Of a DNA stretch of 48,186 nucleotides, positions 35,427-44,923 are shown in pieces. Location: assembly GCA_051382335.1 (NCBI GenBank), contig JBBCAX010000140.1, positions 1 to 48,186 of the forward strand. The letters run 5' to 3'. The DNA comes from Deltaproteobacteria bacterium TL4. Its GTDB lineage: Bacteria > SAR324 > NAC60-12. Below the pieces are notes generated by a model. The model worked only from the letters and a program-made list of their open reading frames with translations. It was not told the origin of the DNA and searched no databases. How positions within the stretch are numbered: position 1 is the stretch's first letter; every line of letters starts with the position of its first letter. The position numbers and the translations under genes are program-made.

Positions 35427-37496
35427 ATGGAAATAGTAGAAACAGAATTTGGAGGAGCGAAAATCTCCTTTGAAACGGGTCGGATGGCAAAGCAAGCCAA
35501 TGGGTCTGTCGTAGTACGTTACGGAGACACAATGGTCTTGGTCGCCGCCACTGCAGAAAAAGGATGCGGGGAAGGTGCCTCTTTTTTTCCTTTGTCCGTA
35601 CATTATATTCAAAAAATGTATGCGGCAGGTAGAATCCCTGGTGGATTCTTCAAACGTGAAGGTCGATTGAGCGATAGTGAAACCTTGATTTCACGATTTA
35701 TTGATCGGCCCTTACGTCCTATGTTTGATAGTAATTATCTTGCAGAAACACTGGTTACGGCAACAGTGCTGAGTTATGATCTGACTAATGCGCCGGATGT
35801 TGCGGCAATGGCAGGCGCTTCTGCCGCCTTGGCTATCTCTGATATTCCCTTCTATACGCCTATTGCTGGTGTGAGAGTTGGGTTGATTGATGGTCAGTTT
35901 ATCGCGAATCCGACGATAGCGGAACTCGAAATCAGTGAACTTGATATTTTCATGGCGGCTTCGAAAAGTGCGATCCTTATGGTTGAAGGGGAAGCAAAAG
36001 AGGTAAGTGAAGCAGTGATGTTGGACGCGATTTTGTTTGGACATGAACAGGTGAAGCCTGTGATTGCAATCCAGGAAGAGTTGGTCAAGCGTTGTGGTAA
36101 AGCAAAACGTCAAGTTCCTGCTCCCGAAGTGAATGTCGCCTTAAAAGCAAAGGTCGAAGATTTGGTGCTGCCTAAAGTTAAAGAAGCGTTGCAGATCAAG
36201 GACAAGCTGGAACGATATTCTCAGTTGGATACGCTTGTAAGTGATGTGATCGTAAAAATTACAGAAGAACAGAGTGATGTGTCTCCTGAAGAGATCAAAG
36301 AGCTTGTTGGTGATTTGAAGAAGAGAGAGATGCGTTCTAAAATATTGAACGACGGGGTACGAATTGACGGAAGGACGGTAAAAGAGATACGTCAAATCAC
36401 TTGTGAAACCGACGTTTTGCCGAGGACACATGGTTCCGCGTTATTCACACGTGGAGAAACCCAAGCTTTAGTTGTCGCAACGCTGGGTTCCCGGGATGAT
36501 GAGCAGATGATTGATTCTCTGACGGGTGTGAGTTACAAAAATTTCATTTTGCATTATAATTTCCCCAGTTTTTGTGTAGGAGAAGCTCGTGCTCCAAGAA
36601 ATCCTGGACGTCGAGAAATTGGGCATGGCTTTTTGGCCGAGCGGGCGTTGAGCAAAGTTCTTCCTCAAAAGGTGGAATTCCCCTATACCATTCGCCTTGT
36701 TTCCGAGATTCTGGAATCAAATGGTTCTTCCTCAATGGCCAGTGTTTGTGGCGGATCTCTTGCGATGATGGACGCTGGAATTCCCGTCTCAAAAGCGTCA
36801 GCGGGTATTGCCATGGGGTTGATTGCGGAAGGTGACAAAACGGCGATTCTTTCCGATATTCTTGGGGATGAAGATCACCTTGGAGATATGGACTTTAAAG
36901 TCGTAGGAACCATGGAGGGGATTACGGCGCTACAAATGGATATCAAAATTGAGGGTTTATCCAAAGAAACGATTGTCCAGGCGTTAGAGCAAGCTCGTGA
37001 AGGTCGCTTACACATACTGGGCATTATGAATCAACATCTGAATGCTCCGAGAATAGGACTCTCTCGTCATGCACCGCGCTTTGTTACTCATAAAATTCCT
37101 AAAGATAAAATCGGGGATGTCATTGGTCCTGGAGGCAAAATCATCAAAGGAATTGTTGAAAAAACCGGAGTTAAGATCAATATTGATGATGATGGTGTGG
37201 TTAATATCTCTTCTCGAGATCATGAAGCGGTTGATGCCGCACTGGCCATTGTTCAAGGGCTAACACGTGACGTTGAAATTGGTGCGACTTACACGGGACC
37301 TGTCAAAAGGGTTGTCGAATTTGGCGCGTTTGTTGAGTTGTTCCCAGGCACAGAGGGCTTGGTTCACATTTCGAACCTTACCGAAGGGCGTGTTAAAAAT
37401 GTTACGGATGTTGTCAAAGAAGGCGACATTATAACCGTCAAAGCCATGGGTCTTGATAGACGTGGCAAATTACAATTGAGTATGAAAGACGTGTGA
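35427..37496 (+). CDS. pnp: Polyribonucleotide nucleotidyltransferase
   Basis: ETGRMAKQA, IPGGFFKREG, RREIGHG, ESNGSSSMAS and EDHLGDMDFKV motifs; KH and S1 domains. Confidence 0.99.
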   Translation: MEIVETEFGGAKISFETGRMAKQANGSVVVRYGDTMVLVAATAEKGCGEGASFFPLSVHYIQKMYAAGRIPGGFFKREGRLSDSETLISRFIDRPLRPMFDSNYLAETLVTATVLSYDLTNAPDVAAMAGASAALAISDIPFYTPIAGVRVGLIDGQFIANPTIAELEISELDIFMAASKSAILMVEGEAKEVSEAVMLDAILFGHEQVKPVIAIQEELVKRCGKAKRQVPAPEVNVALKAKVEDLVLPKVKEALQIKDKLERYSQLDTLVSDVIVKITEEQSDVSPEEIKELVGDLKKREMRSKILNDGVRIDGRTVKEIRQITCETDVLPRTHGSALFTRGETQALVVATLGSRDDEQMIDSLTGVSYKNFILHYNFPSFCVGEARAPRNPGRREIGHGFLAERALSKVLPQKVEFPYTIRLVSEILESNGSSSMASVCGGSLAMMDAGIPVSKASAGIAMGLIAEGDKTAILSDILGDEDHLGDMDFKVVGTMEGITALQMDIKIEGLSKETIVQALEQAREGRLHILGIMNQHLNAPRIGLSRHAPRFVTHKIPKDKIGDVIGPGGKIIKGIVEKTGVKINIDDDGVVNISSRDHEAVDAALAIVQGLTRDVEIGATYTGPVKRVVEFGAFVELFPGTEGLVHISNLTEGRVKNVTDVVKEGDIITVKAMGLDRRGKLQLSMKDV

Positions 37497-37506
37497 AAGG
37501 GCATGG

Positions 37507-37547
37507 ACTCCTTGGTGAATTAAATTCAACCAGGGAGTTTCCTTTCC
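37507..37547 (+). terminator. Hairpin/terminator after pnp
   Basis: ACTCCTTGG-TGAATT / AATTCA-A-CCAGGGAGT stem followed by a pyrimidine run. Confidence 0.5.
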
Positions 37548-38073
37548 ATGATTGTGATTCCCCAGCCAATTTTTCTCTTCATTATTTTGTTCAATCCTCC
37601 GCTCTTAGTTTTTTAAAAATTTTCATCCGTCTATCGGGGTCTCAACAGCCTTTTTCTATGAGACTGAATTTATTTAATAATTAATTGGATATTTCAAAGA
37701 CACCAAAACCTGCACAGCCTGATAAATAGCGGGATACAAAATGTCCATTTAAAAAAGACTGTAAAGATTCCGTCTATTCTGCGTTTTTGAAGCAGAACCA
37801 AATCCAAAAATCTTGGCGAAGTCTCTTTTGAAGATCAATTAACTCTTGAATGTTGACTGAAAAACGTTAGTTAATATGGGTGAGGTCCTTCTTGTCTTTT
37901 CATTAAAAACTCCGTAACGTGTTTGTGTGTGACACAACTGGTGACTATCATACAACAAAGAGACAATACATTCACAAAGACAATGTAAATTTCTTTCTAG
38001 ATGTCTTTTCTTCATGCCTGATTTGTGTGACGGAGTTGTAACCCTTTATATTGATTTTAAAAACAAGTGTTTT

Positions 38074-38745
38074 ATGAGTTTAATAAAAGATAAGAAATCA
38101 AAGAGTGGTAAATTTGGAAATTGGTTACGGAGCGCTCAATCGTTCCGGCATGAAAGGATAACTCATGCGGGTTCAATTCCATATTTAGTCAAAGATGATA
38201 AGGTTTTCATTGCATTACTCAGGGATAAGTCGAAAAAGAAATCCGTCCAAGAAAAAAAATCATGGAAAATTCCTAAAGGGCAATTAGATATGCCCGGTTT
38301 GTCGAATCAGGAAGTTGCCGCAGTTGAAGCCTATGAGGAAGCAGGATTATTGGGGGTTGTTGGTGAGGAACTGGGATACTACACTTACAGAAGAAAACGC
38401 AAAGATCAAAAGAAAGAGTTTAATGTGCAGGTTTTCCCTTTTAAAATAATTAAAGTATTGGATACCTGGCATGAAGATAAATCGCGAGAACGCCAGTTTT
38501 TCACGGTGGATGAAACCGCGTTAATTTTAAAAAACAAGCAAATTGAATTGTTACTGAGCAAGTTAGTTCAAAATGTTGAGAAGGAAGAAAGTTTAAAAGA
38601 GTCGAGTTCTTCTGAAAAGAAAGTAAATGTTCAGGAAACATCTAATGTAAGAGCGGGGATTGTGGATCCTACAAAAAGGCAACGACTTTTGGTAGTTGAG
38701 AAATTACGTGAATTACGAGAAGCGTTACGAACTCAAAATGCTTAA
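38074..38745 (+). CDS. NUDIX hydrolase (DIPP/Ap6A-like subgroup)
   Basis: AGSIPY, WKIPKG and AAVEAYEEAGLLG Nudix box, WHEDKSRER; start uncertain (38014 or 38074). Confidence 0.85.
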   Translation: MSLIKDKKSKSGKFGNWLRSAQSFRHERITHAGSIPYLVKDDKVFIALLRDKSKKKSVQEKKSWKIPKGQLDMPGLSNQEVAAVEAYEEAGLLGVVGEELGYYTYRRKRKDQKKEFNVQVFPFKIIKVLDTWHEDKSRERQFFTVDETALILKNKQIELLLSKLVQNVEKEESLKESSSSEKKVNVQETSNVRAGIVDPTKRQRLLVVEKLRELREALRTQNA

Positions 38746-38960
38746 CCGAAGCAACATCCTGATTAATAAAAAGTATTCACAAGAATATTGGAGGGTGTCT
38801 CAGTGGCTATTTCCCTGAAGCGGGACAAGCAATTTCCTTAGTCCTGAGTGTAATCCTAAAAAAACCGATTACGATCACGAGTACGAGAGATTGAAAAAGA
38901 ATCAGTTCATCAACACGGTCCCAGTTCCAGCCTGAAACTGGGACAGGTTTCCGATATTCC

Positions 38961-39161
38961 TCAGGTGTGTTGCCATCTAAAGCGGTAAGCACTTGCGTTT
39001 TTATCAACCCATTCTAACATACGTTGTTCTCGCTCTTCTTCAGGAAAATGTTCCACGTATTCTTTGATTTCTTGCATTTCAGTCTTAATGAAGTTTTCAT
39101 CTAACCCCTCATTTTTGCCCAGATATTTTTCAAATAGCTGATAGATCATCTTGTTGTGCAT
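38961..39161 (-). CDS. Small hypothetical protein (66 aa)
   Basis: GGAAAGGA RBS before ATG 39161; charged helical sequence ending MLEWVDKNASAYRFRWQHT. Confidence 0.6.
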   Translation of the reverse strand: MHNKMIYQLFEKYLGKNEGLDENFIKTEMQEIKEYVEHFPEEEREQRMLEWVDKNASAYRFRWQHT

Positions 39162-39435
39162 CAATTTTTCCTTTCCAGGACAACACCTGTTTTTGTAGAT
39201 CCCTTCGCTTTTGCGCGACAACGCCTGTGCCTCGAAAAATGAGGGACAAGGTTTTAGTTTTGGGAAACCAAAGTGCATAAACAACCATGCCTGTTTTGTT
39301 GCAGGGGGGGAGTCTTATCAACAAATTAAAGCAGAACATGAGTTGTTCATTATGATGTTTCATGGTAGACTGGGCCCTGTTGATAGGGATTAAATTCAGT
39401 TTACATGAAAAAGGCATGATTTTCAAAGGGGAAAT

Positions 39436-40176
39436 ATGAAAAGAATAGTTATTCTTCAATTGTTAATAATATTGATAAACTATGGATGTGCAAAAATTCA
39501 TTCTGGAAATATAGCGACACCTGTACGTTCTGAATCCAATGTGCCTTCACAACAAGGCGCAATGGGTTTGATTGTCAGCGGCGAGGAAAATAATAACCTT
39601 TCCAGTCCTTATTTTGGTGTGATTGATTTTACCTTCGAAAACACCTCTCAAGGTTGGATCAAACTGAGTCAAGTGAAAGTCTATTTTGAAAATGATACGA
39701 TCAATGAAAACGTTCAATTCACGTCGGGTAAAGAGTTAAAAGTGTGGATGGAGTCTACCCAGAAAAAAGTAGTGATGGATCTACATAACAAGCAAGTTGC
39801 GTATGGTTCTATTGCCGGAGTGGGTCTCGGGCTTGCGGCAACAGGTGATGATCCTCAAACTCGTAATATGGGGCTTGCCATGTATTTAGGAACGTTTGCG
39901 GCATTGGCTGTGGATTCCTTTCAAGATCAGGCCTCGGGACTGGAACAAACTAAAGTTTTTCCTCAAACGCATCTGTTTGCGAAGGATTTTATGATTCCTC
40001 CTGGACTTTTTATAAAAAAGTGGGTTGTCCTGAATTCAAAAAATCATTCAAAAACAGGCTACATTCATACTCTTTATTTGGAATACGAAACTTCTTCAGG
40101 AGAAAGGGCGACCTTAAAACTGGAGTTTCGTAACGGTTCTTCAGAGTGGCAGAATGAGTTGGTGGAAAAATCATGA
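39436..40176 (+). CDS. Hypothetical lipoprotein
   Basis: Signal peptide MKRIVILQLLIILINYGC; long ORF with GGGGA RBS; glycine-rich hydrophobic middle. Confidence 0.75.
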   Translation: MKRIVILQLLIILINYGCAKIHSGNIATPVRSESNVPSQQGAMGLIVSGEENNNLSSPYFGVIDFTFENTSQGWIKLSQVKVYFENDTINENVQFTSGKELKVWMESTQKKVVMDLHNKQVAYGSIAGVGLGLAATGDDPQTRNMGLAMYLGTFAALAVDSFQDQASGLEQTKVFPQTHLFAKDFMIPPGLFIKKWVVLNSKNHSKTGYIHTLYLEYETSSGERATLKLEFRNGSSEWQNELVEKS

Positions 40177-40356
40177 GCGGATTCGAATTTAGAGTGCGGT
40201 CTCTCCTCTCTTTGCTGAGAGACTCAAAGTGGGTAAGCCTTTATTTGTGGTGTTGATTATCGCCGGGGGGAATTTGAGGTTACTGTTGCGTTTCCATAGA
40301 AGGCCTCGTGGATTCCTGCCCGGTGGGAAATAAGTATTAATTGAAATAGGAAAAAC

Positions 40357-40689
40357 ATGGAATTTAGTTACATCATTAATGATCAGGTTTGTAATGCCTA
40401 TTATAAAGGGGGTTCCGATTCAGGAAATATTCACCTGTTTACCGATTCGTTACTGCCTTTAATAGAAAAAGATCAAATCAAAACGTTTATTGTCGATATC
40501 ACCTCGATTGATATGCTGAATTCGGAAGGCATTGGACAGCTCATGCAAATCTACAAACACAGCTTAAATCATAAAAAGCGAATGATTTTGGTGATTAATC
40601 ATTACATTGAAAAAGTCTTTGATATTGTCAATTTACGAGGAATTCTTGAAACCGTTGAGTCTCACGAAGAAGCGTTGAACCGAATTTGA
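40357..40689 (+). CDS. STAS domain protein (anti-sigma antagonist-like)
   Basis: IVDITSIDMLNSEGIGQL, VFDIVNL and EEAL motifs; about 110 aa. Confidence 0.85.
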   Translation: MEFSYIINDQVCNAYYKGGSDSGNIHLFTDSLLPLIEKDQIKTFIVDITSIDMLNSEGIGQLMQIYKHSLNHKKRMILVINHYIEKVFDIVNLRGILETVESHEEALNRI

Positions 40690-40822
40690 AATTGGAGAGG
40701 GCGGGAACTTCGGTTTTTTAAAGGGGCTAGTAAGAGAAAAACCTGAAAATGATAAGCCCTGAAAAAAAGGGGCTGAGCCTGATTAATAGCGGATTACAGA
40801 GAATCCATAAGTGCTTTTGGGG

Positions 40823-42022
40823 TTAGGTTAAGGTTCCATTTTTGAAATATTTGTAGGCGCGCTGCAATTGGGAAAAAAGCTTATTTGAGTCCAAGGGTTT
40901 CAAAAGGTAGCCATGGATATCTTTTTCAATACTCTCTCTCGCTTTTTCTATTGAGTTCTCGTAAGTTGTCATCATAAAAATGGGATGATGAAATCGTTTG
41001 GGCGTAAATAACACTTTTCCCATCAGCTCAAGACCCGCGATGCGCTTGATATTCCACTCACACAAAATGACATTAATCGCTTGAGGTTTTTCACACAAAA
41101 AACGCCAGGCATTCATTCCATCTTCCTCCTCCTCAATAATGCTCACTCCCAGTTCAAAAAGTTGATTCACTGTTCTGGAACGGGAGTCCTCGTTGGCATC
41201 AACTATCAGGAAAGTGATTTCGTTCAATTTATAAATTTGTGATTCCTGTCTTGTCATTTTAGAAGCTAAGGAAAGGGATTCCTTCTTGAGCTTTTCCTCT
41301 TTTATTTTGAAATGCTTTTCTAAAAGACTATCAACTAAAGACTGATTTTCCTCATGCTCTTTGATCAAATCGCCTAGCTTTTGTGTCGCTTCATCTACGG
41401 CTTTTCCTAAATTTTCACAGTCCTTCTCGTAAAAAATCAGTTCCGTCATTTTCTTCGCGCTTCCTTTGAAAACTTTAGGTTTAGGAAATGTATTCTCCAG
41501 ATGGGGCAGATACTCCAAGATTTGTTGTTGAAGTTGTTGGACTCTGCGGAAGACAACTCGTCGTAAACCCTTGTAAAATAGAATTTTAATTGGAAGCGAA
41601 ATTTCACTTTCTTTGGCCTCTGAACCGAAAATCGCGGCATCAATTCCGATCAGTGTCGTTGAATTCTGATCGTGAGCTTTCACAAAAGCGGTTCGGGGCA
41701 ATTTAAGAATCACCGCAAGTTCACCAAACATAGAGCCTGGATTGATGCGATTGACAGGAATCTTTTGCGCTTCTTCGGTATAAACACAGCATTCCCCTTG
41801 AAGTACAATATAAAGCCAATAACTGATTTCTCCCTTGGAAATAATGGTTTCTTCCGGATCGGTTCGCAAGAGTTTACAATGCTCAATGACGCCTTCAAAT
41901 TGAGTAGGATCTGTTTTAAATATTTCGCGAAAGAGCGGAATTTTTCGACTTAACGCCATAACTTTCTTGAAAGGATATTCGTGTAGGTAGAGTGTCTCTT
42001 GCATAAACAACCCGGGAAGCAT
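40823..42022 (-). CDS. cNMP-binding domain plus C-terminal receiver-like domain
   Basis: LYIVLQG, FGELAVILKLPRTAFV; FLIVDAN...ILCEWNIKRIAGLEL...YLLKP. Confidence 0.85.
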   Translation of the reverse strand: MLPGLFMQETLYLHEYPFKKVMALSRKIPLFREIFKTDPTQFEGVIEHCKLLRTDPEETIISKGEISYWLYIVLQGECCVYTEEAQKIPVNRINPGSMFGELAVILKLPRTAFVKAHDQNSTTLIGIDAAIFGSEAKESEISLPIKILFYKGLRRVVFRRVQQLQQQILEYLPHLENTFPKPKVFKGSAKKMTELIFYEKDCENLGKAVDEATQKLGDLIKEHEENQSLVDSLLEKHFKIKEEKLKKESLSLASKMTRQESQIYKLNEITFLIVDANEDSRSRTVNQLFELGVSIIEEEEDGMNAWRFLCEKPQAINVILCEWNIKRIAGLELMGKVLFTPKRFHHPIFMMTTYENSIEKARESIEKDIHGYLLKPLDSNKLFSQLQRAYKYFKNGTLT

Positions 42023-42367
42023 CGCTCAATGGGAGCACCATCAATGACTTGGAAAAACTCAACATCTTAAATCATTCAAGATACAGTAACACGTAGCGTT
42101 TTCTTAAATAATCAGCAATATCTATTAATGGCTTAGCCCATTTAATGCTAAATTTTTGACTCATAAAGATGAAGTGGTTATTGGGCGTGAGATGAATTAC
42201 TCGCTTTCACTTCGTTTTATAACTGAAAATTTATTAAATTAACAGGTTGGAGTTGCTATTCTTCTTTATATTATTATAAAAGAGAAGAGGTACTGATTCG
42301 TTTAAAACAAACGGATCCCTTCAAACTTTGAAGAATACGTAAAAGAAACAAATTGAAAGAGAAGCTC

Positions 42368-43279
42368 ATGTCCCCTGTAACTACGGCCTTGCTTGTTGAC
42401 GATGAAATGCGAATTTGTCGATTGTTGCAACGCTTGTTAAATGCTGAATCCATCGAGAGTCTCCTTGCTGAAAATGGAAGAGTCGCCTTGGAATTGCTGG
42501 AAGAGAACGAAGTCGATTTTATTGTGACAGATCTCAGAATGCCGGAGATGGATGGACTCAAGTTTTTGAGAAAGGCCCGTCAACTCTATCCAACGGTCCC
42601 CATTGTGGTCATGAGTGCCTTTGGTGATGAAAGTACAATCATCCAATCACTCCAGACAGGGGCTAACGATTTTCTGAGAAAGCCCTTTAATCTGCACACT
42701 ATTGAAAATGTTCTGCTACCCATCATTCGACTCTTGGAAGGGAAAAGAGATCCCTCTTTTGACTACAGCAGGATTCATCATCTGCAAGGAGAGATCCGTT
42801 TGGACAATGATGAAGTCGGGATGATTCCAAGTATTGTCAACTATCTGTTACAACATTGGGGTGAGGTAGAAAAATATTCCAAGCAAGTCAGTTTTTTAGA
42901 AATCACTTTGTATCAACTGATTCTTGGCGCGATTGAGCAAGGCAATTTGGGCATTGCTTTGGAAGAAAAAGAAGAGGCTCAAAAAAAGAATCAATTTTCA
43001 TCTCTGCTTGAAGAGCGGCTGAAAGATCCACGGTATCAGAATCGTCAAGTTCGCATCCAGTTTGATCTAAATCCCGACCAGATTTCGATTTCGATCACCG
43101 ATGAAGGGGATGGGCGTCATTGGCCTTACCGGCACGAAAACTCATCAGGCGGTAAAACAATCGCGGAAACGTCATGGGGAATACGAAGAGCGCAGATGTC
43201 ACTCGAAAATATAATCTATCAGGAGAATGCGAATCAAATTACTCTTACCTTAAGCCTTTCCACTACGACTCACTCTTGA
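42368..43279 (+). CDS. Response regulator with C-terminal RsbW-like HATPase domain
   Basis: LLVDDE, TDLRMPEMDG and FLRKPF; AIEQGNL, ITDEGDG and WGI in the C-terminal half. Confidence 0.88.
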   Translation: MSPVTTALLVDDEMRICRLLQRLLNAESIESLLAENGRVALELLEENEVDFIVTDLRMPEMDGLKFLRKARQLYPTVPIVVMSAFGDESTIIQSLQTGANDFLRKPFNLHTIENVLLPIIRLLEGKRDPSFDYSRIHHLQGEIRLDNDEVGMIPSIVNYLLQHWGEVEKYSKQVSFLEITLYQLILGAIEQGNLGIALEEKEEAQKKNQFSSLLEERLKDPRYQNRQVRIQFDLNPDQISISITDEGDGRHWPYRHENSSGGKTIAETSWGIRRAQMSLENIIYQENANQITLTLSLSTTTHS

Positions 43280-43284
43280 AGGTT

Positions 43285-44649
43285 ATGATGGCGGACGACT
43301 TGAAGCACCCTCTTTTTCAGGAAAATCAAGAAATCATTAAGTACCTTGCGGACTCCCGATTATTCGGATACTTGCCTAAAGAGTTATTAGAACGACTCAT
43401 TCCCTTGGCCGCGTTTCATAATTACGAATCTGGGAGCATTGTTTTAAACGAAGGCAGTCCCAATGATCGGATCTATTTTCTGATTCGTGGAGAAGTCGGT
43501 GTTTACGCGGCAAATCAGTTGATTTTGAAACTGAGACGTGTCGGGGACATTTTTGGAGAAATGAGCATCATTAGTGACAAAGTCTGCTCAGCTTCGGTCA
43601 TTGCCGAGTCTCGTGTTCGACTGTTCAGCCTTCGCTCTAAAGATGTAGGTCGGTATTCGGACCTCCATTCTGAAGATTTACAAAATGTTCTCTATCGGAT
43701 CTTTGCTAAAATCCTGACTGAAAAATTATCGGTTACTACAGAAAAAGCTAAAAATTTTGAAATAGCCAACCGTCAATACCAGCAAACTCTTGAAGAACTG
43801 AAGGCGGAAGTCCAGGAGCGCCTGGAAGGGGAAAAAAAGCTAAAGAAACTGAATGAAGAACTCCGGATTGCCAATGAAAGCAATAAATACAGTCAAATGC
43901 AGTTGGTCCAGTCCGCTAAACTCGCGTCTATTGGAGAACTCACGTCAGGCATTGCGCACGAGCTGAATCAACCCCTTTCTTATATCTTGGTTGGGACACA
44001 ATTGGAACTGCGAAACACTCCCGAAGATCTCGATAGGGAATCTGTCTATGAAACACTGCAAATGGTTGAAGAGGGAGCGACTCGAATGATGAACATCATC
44101 AATCATTTAAGGGATTTCTCACGTCAGTCATCTTCCTCGTTTACCGTCTTACTGGACCTGAATGCGATTATTGATAGAAGTTTCATTATGTTCAATGAAC
44201 AACTGAGAGTCCATGATATCCGGGTTGACAAAAACTATACGGCGCCATTGCCTCCAATTTTTGGTAATGCCTCACAGTTAGAGCAAGTCTTTATCAACAT
44301 GATCGCCAACGCAAGGGACGCGCTTGAGGGAAAAAAAGGCGCACTGCTGACCATTCAAACTAAAATTTCTAAAAACCCCAGTTTTTCAGAGTGCGTCGTC
44401 GTCAGTTTCGAAGACAATGGGATTGGAATTCCCGAATCCCAAATAGATAAAATTTTTGATCCATTTTTCACAACCAAAGAAGTAGGTAAAGGCACAGGTT
44501 TGGGCTTATCCATCAGTTATGGCATTGTTAAAAATCACGGAGGTGAAATTAGAGTTTCCAGCATTGAGGGAAAAGGAACCTCTTTTGAAGTGGTTTTGCC
44601 TATCTTTGAAAAAACGCGTAAACCCTATACATTTGAGAAGCAATCATGA
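43285..44649 (+). CDS. cNMP-domain sensor histidine kinase (NtrB-like)
   Basis: [15 protein letters not shown]-box, [24 protein letters not shown] and GTGLGLS. Confidence 0.93.
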   Translation: MMADDLKHPLFQENQEIIKYLADSRLFGYLPKELLERLIPLAAFHNYESGSIVLNEGSPNDRIYFLIRGEVGVYAANQLILKLRRVGDIFGEMSIISDKVCSASVIAESRVRLFSLRSKDVGRYSDLHSEDLQNVLYRIFAKILTEKLSVTTEKAKNFEIANRQYQQTLEELKAEVQERLEGEKKLKKLNEELRIANESNKYSQMQLVQSAKLASIGELTSGIAHELNQPLSYILVGTQLELRNTPEDLDRESVYETLQMVEEGATRMMNIINHLRDFSRQSSSSFTVLLDLNAIIDRSFIMFNEQLRVHDIRVDKNYTAPLPPIFGNASQLEQVFINMIANARDALEGKKGALLTIQTKISKNPSFSECVVVSFEDNGIGIPESQIDKIFDPFFTTKEVGKGTGLGLSISYGIVKNHGGEIRVSSIEGKGTSFEVVLPIFEKTRKPYTFEKQS

Positions 44650-44858
44650 CAGAATTCCTCCTGGAAGACCAACCGTATGTAGCCTTACACAACCTGCTTA
44701 AACACGAAGGTTATTGCGAAAGCGGCGCTTCGGCCAAACAGGCCGTGGCCTCGGGGCAGGTCTTGGTGGATGGGCAAATTGAATTACGAAAACGCTGTAA
44801 AATCAAGGCAGGGCAAGTCGTCGAATTTGCGGGACAATCCATCAAAGTCCGCAACTGA
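44646..44858 (+). CDS. S4-domain RNA-binding protein (YbcJ/YaaA-like)
   Basis: LHNLLK.EG.CESGASAK and VDGQIELRKRCKI motifs; 70 aa. Confidence 0.9.
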   Translation: MTEFLLEDQPYVALHNLLKHEGYCESGASAKQAVASGQVLVDGQIELRKRCKIKAGQVVEFAGQSIKVRN

Positions 44859-44923
44859 CATTCCGCTTACGAAAGAAACCAGGGACAAACCTGACGCACG
44901 ATACCAAGAGAAAACAGGGGCAT

